From the sequence record PQ295796: DNA of 44,829 bases. The stretch is one strand, 5' to 3'. Shown here one piece after another: positions 23,704-32,350 of the stretch (positions within the stretch are counted from its first letter, which is position 1; each line of letters opens with the position of its first letter). Under the pieces are notes generated by a model. It saw only the letters and a list, made by a program, of their open reading frames with translations. It was not told the origin of the DNA and did not search any database. The translations under genes and the position numbers were made by a program. This DNA is from Escherichia phage vB_Eco_Lzu_P3.

Positions 23704-25991
23704 AAGACTTCGAACGCCTGTTTCTCGATACCGAGACATTTAGCGGGGTGGATCTGAAGAAAGTGGGCGCATACGCCTACGCGGAACACCCAACTACCGA
23801 GATTATGATTTGCACATACGCCATCGACGAGGGCCGCGTGCAGACGTGGGATTGCACCGAGTCCCCCACAATGCCGCGGGAACTGCGCAAGGCGCTCCGC
23901 CGTGTCTCCCGCAAGAAAGCAAAAATAGTGATGGCTAACGGCCTCCTGTTTGACCGCCTGGTCATTCGCGAGAAGTGGGGTATAGATCTGCCGGTGTGCC
24001 AGATCGAAGACACCATGATTATGGCCTTCAGACACGCGCTGCCGGGTAGTCTCGACATGCAATGCCAGGTGCTGGGCGTTGACGCAGAACACGCGAAGGA
24101 TAAGGCAGGCAAGGCGCTGATTAAACGATTCTGTAAGCCTACCCCTAAGACCTACAAAATCCGCCGCTACACGCGCGAGACGCACCCCGAGGAGTGGGCT
24201 AAATTCCTGCGCTATGCCGCGCTGGATATCATCGCGATGCGCGAAGTCTATTGGCGCATACCGGACTGGGGTAACACGCCGAAGGAAGACGAAATCCTGC
24301 TTATTGACCAGTTGATCAATGATCGCGGCTTCTATGTGGACGTTGACCTGGCGCGCGCTGCGATCAAAGCGGTGCAAGCGCATAAGGAAGAATTGAAGGA
24401 AGAAGCCTGGGAGCGCTTCGGCGGTAAGCTGACCGGCAATGACTTCCTGCCAGCGCTGCGCGACCTCGCTCCTGCGTTCACAATCCACAACGCGCAGAAA
24501 TCCACGCTTAACGACCTGCTGGAAGATCCAGACTTCCCGGACGAAGGCAAAGTGCTTATCGAGATGCGCCTCGGTGCGTCATCCACGGCGTCGACTAAGT
24601 ACAATCCGCTCGTTAATGGCCTATCCGCCGATGGTCGCCGCCGTGGGTGTCTTCAGTATGGCGGCGCAAAGCGTACGCTACGCTGGGCGGGCAAAGGATT
24701 CCAGCCGCAAAACCTGGCGCGCGGCGAGTATAGCGACGACCACGAAGGGAAGATTAAACGCCGTGAAGGCGAGAGCGATATATCCTTTTGGGTGCGGTCG
24801 CACATGCTCACCAACGGCATCAACTCCCTGTTACGCGGGACAGCGCACTGGGCGTATGACATATCGAAGTTAACGGCCTCGACCGTTCGCGGGTGCATTA
24901 TTCCGGCGAAGGGTAAGAAGTTTGTCGTAGCGGACTATTCCAACGTGGAAGGGCGTGGACTTGCCTGGATCGCTGGCGAGAAAACAGCGCTCATGGTGTT
25001 TAGGGCCGATCGCGATATTTATTGTGAAACTGCCGGTAAGATGTTTGGCCTCGACCCGGAATACATCAAAGCCAACCGCAAAGACTTGCGCCAGATTGGT
25101 AAGGCGTGCGAATTGGGACTTGGCTATGGCGGCGGCGTGGCTGCGTTCTTGCAGTTCGCTAAAAACCTGGGCCTCGACCTTTACGCGATGGCGGACGTCA
25201 TGAAGGGCACATTCCCCGATCACATTTGGGCAGCGGCTAAACGGGGTTATGAGTACGCCCGCATTAACGAAGCGAAGCGACCGCCGAAGCCTGGCAAGAA
25301 GGACGAGCGCCCGACTTACATACTGCCGAAAAACGTATGGCTGACGTGTGATGCGATTAAACGCATGTGGCGCGAGGCTCACCCGAAGACGGTAGCCTTT
25401 TGGGCCGAGCTTGAGGACGCGGTGTTGTGTGCAATCCGCAATCCGGGCAAAGCGTACTGGGCTGGCGCGAACGTTCGCCCGGATGGTAAGAAAGCGCTCA
25501 AGATAGTCCGCACGAAGGCGAAGCATGACCCAACCTTCGACGAGGAACGCGACGACCCGAACGCCGCGGGGTGGTGGTTGAAAATTGAGTTGCCGTCGGG
25601 GCGTATTATGAGTTACCCAGGCATTGCGCTGTCAGTGACGACCGAGATCGACGAAGACACCGGCAAGAAGCGCACCAGTACCCGCATCAAATACCAGGGC
25701 GAGAATCAGACGACGCGCCAGTGGGGATCCCAGTACACCTACGGCGGCAAACTGACAGAGAACATCGTACAGGCGCTGTGTCGCGATATCCTCGCGTGGT
25801 CCATGCCGGGGGTTGAAGCCGCGGGCTATGAGATCGTACTGTCCGTACATGATGAACTGATCACCGAAGTGCCGGATACTGACGACTACACAACCGAGGA
25901 GTTGTGCGCGCTTATGTGCGACCTGCCTGTTTGGGCGAAAGGCTTCCCGCTTGCCGCTGAAGGCGACATCATGTACAGGTACAGGAAATAA
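23700..25991 (+). CDS. DNA polymerase, family A (Pol I-like) with 3'-5' exonuclease domain
   Basis: Exo I motif LFLDTETFSG. Polymerase motif A (DYSNVEGR), motif B (RQIGKACELGLGYGGG) and motif C (SVHDEL) are all present. 763 aa. Confidence 0.9.
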   Translation: MKDFERLFLDTETFSGVDLKKVGAYAYAEHPTTEIMICTYAIDEGRVQTWDCTESPTMPRELRKALRRVSRKKAKIVMANGLLFDRLVIREKWGIDLPVCQIEDTMIMAFRHALPGSLDMQCQVLGVDAEHAKDKAGKALIKRFCKPTPKTYKIRRYTRETHPEEWAKFLRYAALDIIAMREVYWRIPDWGNTPKEDEILLIDQLINDRGFYVDVDLARAAIKAVQAHKEELKEEAWERFGGKLTGNDFLPALRDLAPAFTIHNAQKSTLNDLLEDPDFPDEGKVLIEMRLGASSTASTKYNPLVNGLSADGRRRGCLQYGGAKRTLRWAGKGFQPQNLARGEYSDDHEGKIKRREGESDISFWVRSHMLTNGINSLLRGTAHWAYDISKLTASTVRGCIIPAKGKKFVVADYSNVEGRGLAWIAGEKTALMVFRADRDIYCETAGKMFGLDPEYIKANRKDLRQIGKACELGLGYGGGVAAFLQFAKNLGLDLYAMADVMKGTFPDHIWAAAKRGYEYARINEAKRPPKPGKKDERPTYILPKNVWLTCDAIKRMWREAHPKTVAFWAELEDAVLCAIRNPGKAYWAGANVRPDGKKALKIVRTKAKHDPTFDEERDDPNAAGWWLKIELPSGRIMSYPGIALSVTTEIDEDTGKKRTSTRIKYQGENQTTRQWGSQYTYGGKLTENIVQALCRDILAWSMPGVEAAGYEIVLSVHDELITEVPDTDDYTTEELCALMCDLPVWAKGFPLAAEGDIMYRYRK

Positions 25992-25995
25992 TATT

Positions 25996-26187
25996 ATGAA
26001 AGCAGATATGAGCATTATGCGCGCTGGCGCGGCGGACAATGATGAAATTAGCATCGTCATTAGACTGGAACGTGGCAAGACCATTACGGCACTTGTCACA
26101 CCTGAAAACCTGGCGCTGGCACTAACTGGTCGATCGGAGATACCGGTAGACCTCCGTCTGCGTAACGTGGAGTTGCAAACAAAATGA
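25996..26187 (+). CDS. Hypothetical protein (63 aa)
   Basis: AGGAAA RBS. Its stop overlaps the VRR-NUC start. Confidence 0.35.
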   Translation: MKADMSIMRAGAADNDEISIVIRLERGKTITALVTPENLALALTGRSEIPVDLRLRNVELQTK

Positions 26188-26462
26188 CCCCCGAAGGCAA
26201 GATCCAAAGTCACCTTATGAAGCTGGTGAAAGCTGTCGGCGGATTCTGCCGTAAAGTGGCATGGGAGGGGCGCGCGGGTGCGCCCGATCTGATTATCATC
26301 ATCAACGGCAGAATAGTTTTCGTCGAAGTGAAGCGCCCCGGTGGTAAACCGAAGCCGCACCAGGTACGAGAACATGAGCGAATGGCCCGCCGCGGTGCGG
26401 ACGTTCGCGTCATCGACAACATAGCCGACTGTGATTTATTGGTTGCTGAATTGGTCGCGTAG
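26184..26462 (+). CDS. VRR-NUC domain nuclease
   Basis: 92 aa with PD-(D/E)xK-type motifs (GAPDLIIIINGRIVFVEVKRPGGK…Q) typical of VRR-NUC. Confidence 0.65.
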   Translation: MTPEGKIQSHLMKLVKAVGGFCRKVAWEGRAGAPDLIIIINGRIVFVEVKRPGGKPKPHQVREHERMARRGADVRVIDNIADCDLLVAELVA

Positions 26463-26502
26463 CGGTATAGTGGGCCGGTTAGCACTATCGAGGATTTTAG
26501 AA

Positions 26503-26676
26503 ATGATTGAAGAAAAACGCTGCAGTAATTGCGGCTGCGTTAAACCGATATCCCAGTTCCATAAATACACCGGTAAGACTGCGCGAAGTCCGGACGGGTA
26601 TCGGGCAGAGTGCAAATCGTGCCGCAATAAAAAAGAGCGCGAACGGCAGCGCCGCTACCGCGCAGAGCAAAAATAA
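26503..26676 (+). CDS. Zinc-ribbon protein (CxxC…CxxC)
   Basis: Start at ATG 26503 with GAGGA RBS. CSNCGC…CKSCRNKKERERQRR. Followed by a terminator. Confidence 0.4.
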   Translation: MIEEKRCSNCGCVKPISQFHKYTGKTARSPDGYRAECKSCRNKKERERQRRYRAEQK

Positions 26677-26683
26677 TTAATAA

Positions 26684-26706
26684 GGCGGGCTTGTCCCGCC
26701 AATTTT
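26684..26706 (+). terminator. Intrinsic terminator after the zinc-ribbon gene
   Basis: GGCGGG-cttgt-CCCGCC stem followed by AATTTT. Confidence 0.45.
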
Positions 26707-26719
26707 GGGAGACATGACG

Positions 26720-26938
26720 ATGAAAGAACATTATCGACTCACCAAGCTGGGCGAATGTAAACCAGGCGATCGCGTATGGTTTATTGCTGGCATTAATTCC
26801 CCGCTGCCGTTGACGGTGTGCTGGCAGAAGTTTAAGCGCTTCCGGGCCACCGGTGTCCACATCGGACACGCCACCAACTACGACGCCACAAAAAGGAACT
26901 GGAACAGTGAAACCGAAGTCTGGAAAAAGGCGGAATAA
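26720..26938 (+). CDS. Hypothetical protein (72 aa)
   Basis: GGGAGA RBS 7 nt upstream of ATG 26720. Confidence 0.4.
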   Translation: MKEHYRLTKLGECKPGDRVWFIAGINSPLPLTVCWQKFKRFRATGVHIGHATNYDATKRNWNSETEVWKKAE

Positions 26939-26942
26939 AGAA

Positions 26943-28367
26943 ATGGCACGTTTCCGACGTCGCGAATATCAGAAGTTGATAACCGCGTTCATCCTCAAGC
27001 ATAAGCGATGCAATATATGGGCGACAATGGGGTCGGGTAAAACCGGCGCGACCATGTGGGCACTGAATAAAATGTTCCAGACTGGCATCCTGTCCAACCA
27101 GGAGGACCGCGTACTGGTGCTGGCCCCGCTGCGCGTTGCGTCCGGTACATGGCCCCCGGAGCAGGAGAAATGGCGATTCCCCGCCTTGCTGGTCGTAGAC
27201 GGCACCGGGTCTGAAAAAGACCGTATCGCCGCGCTTGAGAGCGGCGCTAACGTAGTTTGTGTTAACTATGATGTAGTTGAGTGGCTGGTTGACTATTACG
27301 GAGATGCGTGGCCATTTACGGTCGTTGTTGCCGATGAATCCACTAAGCTGAAAGGCTATAGAAGCAAGCAGGGGAGTAAGCGCGCCCGCGCACTGGCGGC
27401 GATTGCCCATAAGCACGTCAAGCGATGGATTAACCTTACCGGCACACCCGCGCCAAACGGACTGAAAGACCTGTGGGGTCAGACGTGGTTTGTCGACGGA
27501 GGCGAACGCCTCGGCAGTAGTTATAAGGCATTTACGGATCGCTGGTTTATTAGCAAGCCTGTTAAGCCGGGCAGCTTCACTATGCAGCACGCCCCGCTTA
27601 AGAACTCCGAGAAAGAAATACAACAACGCCTGTCCGACGTGTCGCTCACCGTTGATGCGGCTGAATACTTCGGATGTGACAAGCCAATCTATACGCCGGT
27701 TGTAGTGGACCTGCCGAAGAAAGCCCGCAAGATTTATGACCAGTTCGAAGCGGAGCTATTTGCCGAACTGGAAAGCGGAACGGTGGAGGCGGCGAACGCT
27801 GCTTCGAAGACCATTAAGTGCCTTCAGCTTGCTTCCGGGGCCGTGTATAAGGTCGACGAAGACGGCGAACGGACCGACGAATGGGTGAAAATTCACGACG
27901 CTAAACTGGACGCGCTGGAAAGTATCGTGGAGGAGTTGAACGGAGCACCGTTGCTCGTCGCGTACCAGTACAAGCATGATCTGGCGCGTCTCAAGAAGAA
28001 ATTCCCGCACGGCGTTGCGTTGGGCAAGGGCAAGCAGGGCAATAAGGATATGGAAGCGTGGAACAGGGGCGAGATCCCCATCATGTTTGCGCACCCGGCA
28101 TCGGCGGGCCACGGCCTCAACCTGCAGGACGGCGGACACCACCTTGCTATCTTCTCAGACACCTGGAACTTTGAGCACTTTTCGCAGATCGTGGAGCGTA
28201 TCGGGCCGGTTCGCCAGATGCAAGCCGGGCACCCCCGTCCAGTATTCGTCTATATTATCCAGGCGCGCGGGACATTGGACGAACTGGTCGCCGAGCGTCG
28301 CGACAGTAAGCGAGATATACAGGACGACTTGATGGAATACATGAAAGCTAAAAAGGCGCGCAAATGA
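26943..28367 (+). CDS. Superfamily-2 helicase (DEAD/DEAH-box or SNF2-like)
   Basis: Walker A GSGKTGAT and motif II VVADESTKL are present, with a C-terminal helicase domain. Start at ATG 26943. Confidence 0.75.
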   Translation: MARFRRREYQKLITAFILKHKRCNIWATMGSGKTGATMWALNKMFQTGILSNQEDRVLVLAPLRVASGTWPPEQEKWRFPALLVVDGTGSEKDRIAALESGANVVCVNYDVVEWLVDYYGDAWPFTVVVADESTKLKGYRSKQGSKRARALAAIAHKHVKRWINLTGTPAPNGLKDLWGQTWFVDGGERLGSSYKAFTDRWFISKPVKPGSFTMQHAPLKNSEKEIQQRLSDVSLTVDAAEYFGCDKPIYTPVVVDLPKKARKIYDQFEAELFAELESGTVEAANAASKTIKCLQLASGAVYKVDEDGERTDEWVKIHDAKLDALESIVEELNGAPLLVAYQYKHDLARLKKKFPHGVALGKGKQGNKDMEAWNRGEIPIMFAHPASAGHGLNLQDGGHHLAIFSDTWNFEHFSQIVERIGPVRQMQAGHPRPVFVYIIQARGTLDELVAERRDSKRDIQDDLMEYMKAKKARK

Positions 28368-29074
28368 CTATTGCTAAAATGACAATCTGGTCATTGTTTG
28401 ACGGCAGCGGCTTGATGATTGAGCGTGCTGCCGAGATGGGGCATAAGTGTTATTGCTTCAACTACTCCGAAGCCGACCACGGGTCTTATCTGGACTACCG
28501 GATCTATGGTCGCGGTATCCGATATCGCAATGAGTTTATTGACCTGGACTTCGTGGACCGCGCTATGAATGGCGACTTCGGCACGCCGGATATCATCTAT
28601 GCATTCCCGCCGTGTACTGATCTGGCGGTGAGCGGCGCGCCAGCTTTCCCGCGCAAACGCGCCCGCGACCCTGCCTTCCAGCTTAAGGCGGTGCGCACCG
28701 CGAAGATCGCCGCTTACCTGGGCGATTTCTTCGAAGTGCCATATATGATTGAGAATCCGCGCAGCGTGCTCTCCACTCAATGGCGTAAGCCGGACCACTC
28801 GTTTGACCCGTGGGAGTATGGCGGCTATTTGCCAGAGGATGACGTACACCCGTTATTCCCTGAATACATCAACGCCCGCGATTCATATCCGAAGCTGACC
28901 TGCTTATGGACCGGCAACGGCTTCCGTATGCCAGAGAAGAAACCTGTTTTCGTTGAAAAAGGGTACTCGAAACAGTATAGTCGCCTCGGTGGTAAATCCG
29001 CTCGTACAAAATTAATCCGCTCACTCACCCCGCGCGGCTTCGCGATAGCGGTTAACGAGGAAAATTTAAAATGA
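28364..29074 (+). CDS. DNA cytosine-5 methyltransferase-like protein (short, atypical)
   Basis: Motif I LFDGSG, motif IV-like FPPCTD (PCT rather than PCQ) and motif VI-like IENP (rather than ENV), with spacing like C5-methyltransferases. Only 236 aa, with no obvious target-recognition domain. Confidence 0.5.
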   Translation: MTIAKMTIWSLFDGSGLMIERAAEMGHKCYCFNYSEADHGSYLDYRIYGRGIRYRNEFIDLDFVDRAMNGDFGTPDIIYAFPPCTDLAVSGAPAFPRKRARDPAFQLKAVRTAKIAAYLGDFFEVPYMIENPRSVLSTQWRKPDHSFDPWEYGGYLPEDDVHPLFPEYINARDSYPKLTCLWTGNGFRMPEKKPVFVEKGYSKQYSRLGGKSARTKLIRSLTPRGFAIAVNEENLK

Positions 29075-29394
29075 ATACTACATTCGACGCCATCGACTTT
29101 TCAGTGGCAATGACCAATCAGCTTTTTTCCTACGACAGCAAGACCGGCGTCATTCGCCTGAAGTCCACAGGCTGCAAGATTGGCAACCTTAACACTGCCG
29201 ATGGCGGAACACGTATCGAATACAACGGTAAGACGCTGTCTGGCGCACGCGTGGCGTGGATTATTGAGACGGGCAATACAATCCCCCCAGGCTTCGCCGT
29301 TGTGTGCCGCCAGCGCACGCCAGGGCACTACGGCAACCGGATCAGCAATCTGTATCTGGTAGACGTAGCGCGCGACCCAAACTTTTATGCGTAA
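29071..29394 (+). CDS. HNH_3/AP2-like domain protein (possibly degenerate)
   Basis: YNGKTLSGARVAWIIETGNTIPPGFAVVCRQRTPGHYGNRISNLYLV follows the HNH_3 pattern, but the position usually occupied by the conserved His reads CRQRT. Confidence 0.3.
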   Translation: MNTTFDAIDFSVAMTNQLFSYDSKTGVIRLKSTGCKIGNLNTADGGTRIEYNGKTLSGARVAWIIETGNTIPPGFAVVCRQRTPGHYGNRISNLYLVDVARDPNFYA

Positions 29395-29395
29395 A

Positions 29396-29428
29396 TTGGT
29401 TGCATAATCATATTGGTTGCATTATATT
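29396..29428 (+). promoter_or_regulatory. Promoter TTGCAT-N17-TATATT, with tandem TTGGTTGCA elements (29396..29404 and 29413..29421)
   Basis: Read directly, upstream of the gene at 29476. Confidence 0.5.
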
Positions 29429-29475
29429 GAGGGTGTCCGGTTTGGACGCCCTTTTTAATACCTGGAGACAACACG

Positions 29476-29940
29476 ATGAAAATTTTACAAGAAGAGAAAA
29501 ATTACTGGGCCGCGCAATGCCTCGAAGCCCGCGAGCAAACGGCCAACGCGAAACAATCGGCCGAAATCTTCCGGTCAGGTTATGAAACGGAAGAAAAGCG
29601 TCGCATGGAGTTAGAGGAGCGCTTCGAACTGCTATTCGAATTGATGGGGATTATGCAGCGCACCGGATACACCACCAGCGTTGCACTAAACCGCATCACT
29701 GCCGATAGTTTGCGTGAGCACTGTAAACGTGCGGAGGAGTACGTGCGTCCGAAGGGTCGCCAGTCTTCGATCGCCAGGAAAGATTTGGTGCTTATGGCGT
29801 GGCGCAACCCGACAAACGGCAGCTTCTACCCGGACGCGCGCCCGCTTAGTGCTGAGGAGACAAAGCGCGTGCAACGCATTCTCAAAACCGGCAATAAAAT
29901 CGCCCTGTATGCGATAGATACCGACCATGCAGAAGAGTGA
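29476..29940 (+). CDS. Hypothetical protein (154 aa)
   Basis: GGAGA RBS. A promoter with tandem TTGGTTGCA elements and a 5'-UTR hairpin lie upstream. Confidence 0.5.
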   Translation: MKILQEEKNYWAAQCLEAREQTANAKQSAEIFRSGYETEEKRRMELEERFELLFELMGIMQRTGYTTSVALNRITADSLREHCKRAEEYVRPKGRQSSIARKDLVLMAWRNPTNGSFYPDARPLSAEETKRVQRILKTGNKIALYAIDTDHAEE

Positions 29941-30412
29941 GCAAAAAGATAGCTGGCGCACGCCGCCAGCTTTATTTAAACCGCTGCGCCGGAAGTACCG
30001 ATTCCGTTATGACATGGCGGCGAGCGACGCCAACCACCTGCTACCGCGTTACTTCACGGCGGAGCACAGCGCGCTCGATGTGGACTGGTCAGAGTTGAAA
30101 GGGTGGAAGTGGTGCAACCCGCCGTATTCCGATCCGCTTCCGTGGGTTAAGTGCGCAGCGCACGGACGCCGGACAGTCATGCTACTGAATCAGGACACGT
30201 CGACAAAGTGGGCGCGGTTGGCCCGGAAGACTGCAAACCTGATAATTCTTCTGGACTGGCGGATACGATTCATACATGCTGTGACCGGTGAAGTCGGGCC
30301 GAGCAATAACAAGTGCCAGCAATTAATAATCTTTGACGAAGCGCCGCCCACCGGCAGCGCACAAATTGAAATAATGAGCGAAGGAGAACTCCTTGAATAT
30401 CTTAATCGTTGA
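29927..30412 (+). CDS. dam: DNA N6-adenine methyltransferase (phage Dam family)
   Basis: SWRTPPALF…YDMAASDANH…WCNPPYSD. The NPPY catalytic motif and a size of about 160 aa are typical of small phage Dam methyltransferases. Confidence 0.65.
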   Translation: MQKSEQKDSWRTPPALFKPLRRKYRFRYDMAASDANHLLPRYFTAEHSALDVDWSELKGWKWCNPPYSDPLPWVKCAAHGRRTVMLLNQDTSTKWARLARKTANLIILLDWRIRFIHAVTGEVGPSNNKCQQLIIFDEAPPTGSAQIEIMSEGELLEYLNR

Positions 30413-30617
30413 CCGCGACCCCGCGGTCGTAGACCAAATGCAAAGAGACTACTGTATTGATCCGCGACGCAATCGGGTAGTGCGCGCGTCTCGCCCCGAA
30501 TACATCCTGGGCCTTGACCTCACCGGTTGGCTTGTCATTACTCAGCGTTGCCATTTCGTGTGCAACTCCTTTACTGCGCGAAGCGCCCGTTACACCCTTA
30601 TTGAGAGTTTAAAATGA
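30393..30617 (+). CDS. Hypothetical protein (74 aa, TTG start)
   Basis: AAGGAG RBS 7 nt upstream of TTG 30393. Confidence 0.3.
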   Translation: MNILIVDRDPAVVDQMQRDYCIDPRRNRVVRASRPEYILGLDLTGWLVITQRCHFVCNSFTARSARYTLIESLK

Positions 30618-31084
30618 AATTACTGATTTGCGATTTGGATGGCGTTATTAACGGTTCAAGCGATGCGCGTGCCGACTTGGTGCCTGGCATAAAAACTAAA
30701 TCCACCTTTTGGGCGAAGTGGCACAAGGCGCACGTCCGCGAAGACCTTAACATGGATATGCTGCCGCTACTGCGCATGTATAAAGAGCAAGGCTTCGAGA
30801 TCGCGTATCTGACCAACCGGCAGCGAGAATGTTGGGACACCACCGCCGAGCAATTGGAGGTCTTCCCAGTAGGCCGGTTGTTTATGCGCCACATGCTGGA
30901 CGACACCCCGCCGCCTGAGTTTAAAGCGTGCGCCGTGTTCAAAATGGTATGTTACGCGGACGTGTCTGAACTGGTCATCATTGAAGATTGCGAGAAGAAC
31001 ATCGCGGCAATTCGTCGGGCGTGTAGTGATTTGGTCCCGAAAATTTACGCAATAAACGTTGCAAAATTCACTTGCAACCAATAG
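30614..31084 (+). CDS. HAD-superfamily hydrolase (putative nucleotidase/phosphatase)
   Basis: N-terminal motif I LLICDLDGVI (DxDG). GAGAG RBS. ATGA overlap with the upstream gene. Confidence 0.5.
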   Translation: MKLLICDLDGVINGSSDARADLVPGIKTKSTFWAKWHKAHVREDLNMDMLPLLRMYKEQGFEIAYLTNRQRECWDTTAEQLEVFPVGRLFMRHMLDDTPPPEFKACAVFKMVCYADVSELVIIEDCEKNIAAIRRACSDLVPKIYAINVAKFTCNQ

Positions 31085-31101
31085 GTTGGTTGCACTATAG
31101 T
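31072..31101 (+). promoter_or_regulatory. Promoter TTGCAA-N18-TATAGT, containing the inverted repeat TGCAACCAA-N4-TTGGTTGCA (31073..31094)
   Basis: A perfect 9-bp inverted repeat separated by 4 bp, embedded in the promoter. Confidence 0.5.
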
Positions 31102-31150
31102 AAACGTGTCGGGGGCAATACAGCCCCCCTCGCTTAAAAGGGGTAATACT

Positions 31151-31705
31151 GTGAAAGCATACGAATACTGCAAAAACGCCGCCACCACTATGGAACAGCG
31201 CGGGAAAGAAAACGGCTATGACAACGCGAAAGAAGAACGCAGCGCTAAACAAATCGCTGCCGTGTTTAACGCGCTTACCGGGCGCGACCTTACCGAGCAA
31301 GAAGCCTGGACCTTCCTGATCTGCCTGAAGCTGGTGCGCCAGCACCGTAAGCACCAGGAAGATAACATCGTGGACCTGGTGGCGTATGCCGCCCTGCTGG
31401 GCGAGTCTTACATGACCGTGCATGACGAGATTCAGATCGATACAACGGCCGCACAATTCGACAGCCTCAAAGGCCTGTCCGTGCGCCTGGACGGCGAGAT
31501 TAATGCGTATAACAGCGCAATTCGCGTTGCAGAGGACACGGTAGCCTCGTTCGGCAAGACGGTTAAGGCCCGCGATTTTGGAGTTGTAGCCCAGGACGTC
31601 CAGCCTATGGTCGTGCTCACCGGCGAAGACGGATCGAAAATCTGCATGACGCAGGAAGACTTCCGTAACATGGAAAAAACACTGGTGACGGGCGCACTTA
31701 AATAA
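31151..31705 (+). CDS. Hypothetical protein
   Basis: ORF 31106..31705; I prefer GTG 31151, which has an AAAAGGGG RBS, because the upstream part overlaps a G5/C6 hairpin. Confidence 0.4.
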   Translation: MKAYEYCKNAATTMEQRGKENGYDNAKEERSAKQIAAVFNALTGRDLTEQEAWTFLICLKLVRQHRKHQEDNIVDLVAYAALLGESYMTVHDEIQIDTTAAQFDSLKGLSVRLDGEINAYNSAIRVAEDTVASFGKTVKARDFGVVAQDVQPMVVLTGEDGSKICMTQEDFRNMEKTLVTGALK

Positions 31706-31747
31706 TTCTAATCGCGGGCTTCGGCCCGCATCAATGAGGGATTCACA

Positions 31748-32323
31748 ATGTACGGCGAATATGAAATAACCGGTAAACAATTCCACCTGGCGGCAATGAT
31801 TGCAAGCATCGAGTTTGAACAGTGGCGATACAAGTCTGACGCGTGCAAGCAAAGCAGACTCGTCGGTGTGCTGGGCGAAATGTTTGCAGGCATGTACCTC
31901 GAAGGGCAGGCGGGCGGGCGTAGCTGTATCCCGCAAGGTTTGCTAATGCGTACCGGCCTGTTTAGCGCTAACACTATCGACCGCGGCGATATTATCATGG
32001 TTGGCAAGCGCAAGGTAAAATCCGGTCCCGACTTCCGCGAACATATGATTGATGCCGTCTGGACCTACGAGGTTAAGGCTACCAGCGGCATCCGTCGTGG
32101 GCTGGTTGAGGCACGTTGCGCTCGCGAGTATCTCATTCGTCGAGTTGCCGGTGTTATTCTGGTGGGGGTGTCGTTCGGGCAGCATAGCGCCAGCGGCGTG
32201 ATTGAGGATATTGCGGAGCCATACGTGATAGTTAACGATTGGCCCCTGGTGGAAGTGGACGGTAAGGAATATTACGAAAGCCCGCTTGTGCGGCGCAAAA
32301 TGGACTGGGAAAACTCAAACTAA
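31748..32323 (+). CDS. Hypothetical protein (191 aa)
   Basis: GAGGGA RBS. It is the last gene of the plus-strand block before the bidirectional terminator. Confidence 0.5.
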   Translation: MYGEYEITGKQFHLAAMIASIEFEQWRYKSDACKQSRLVGVLGEMFAGMYLEGQAGGRSCIPQGLLMRTGLFSANTIDRGDIIMVGKRKVKSGPDFREHMIDAVWTYEVKATSGIRRGLVEARCAREYLIRRVAGVILVGVSFGQHSASGVIEDIAEPYVIVNDWPLVEVDGKEYYESPLVRRKMDWENSN

Positions 32324-32350
32324 AAATAGGGGCCATATGGCCCCTTATCC
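32322..32350. terminator. Bidirectional terminator between the convergent early block and the tail fibre gene
   Basis: AGGGGCC-atat-GGCCCCT with flanking A and T tracts. Confidence 0.6.

Noticed and set aside
23490-24488. 332-aa minus-strand ORF, and similar long ORFs at 24870..25526, 25632..26375 and 26832..27626
   Set aside because: All are antisense to the DNA polymerase or helicase genes, which carry unambiguous catalytic motifs.
26684-26700. Extra TGTCCCGC iteron (ttgtcccgcc) within the early region
   Set aside because: It forms the descending arm of a GC terminator hairpin (GGCGGG/CCCGCC) and is isolated, so it is probably a coincidental match.
30767-31936. 389-aa minus-strand ORF
   Set aside because: It is antisense to three well-supported plus-strand early genes that have RBSs and form an operon. 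Its start is TTG-type with no RBS.
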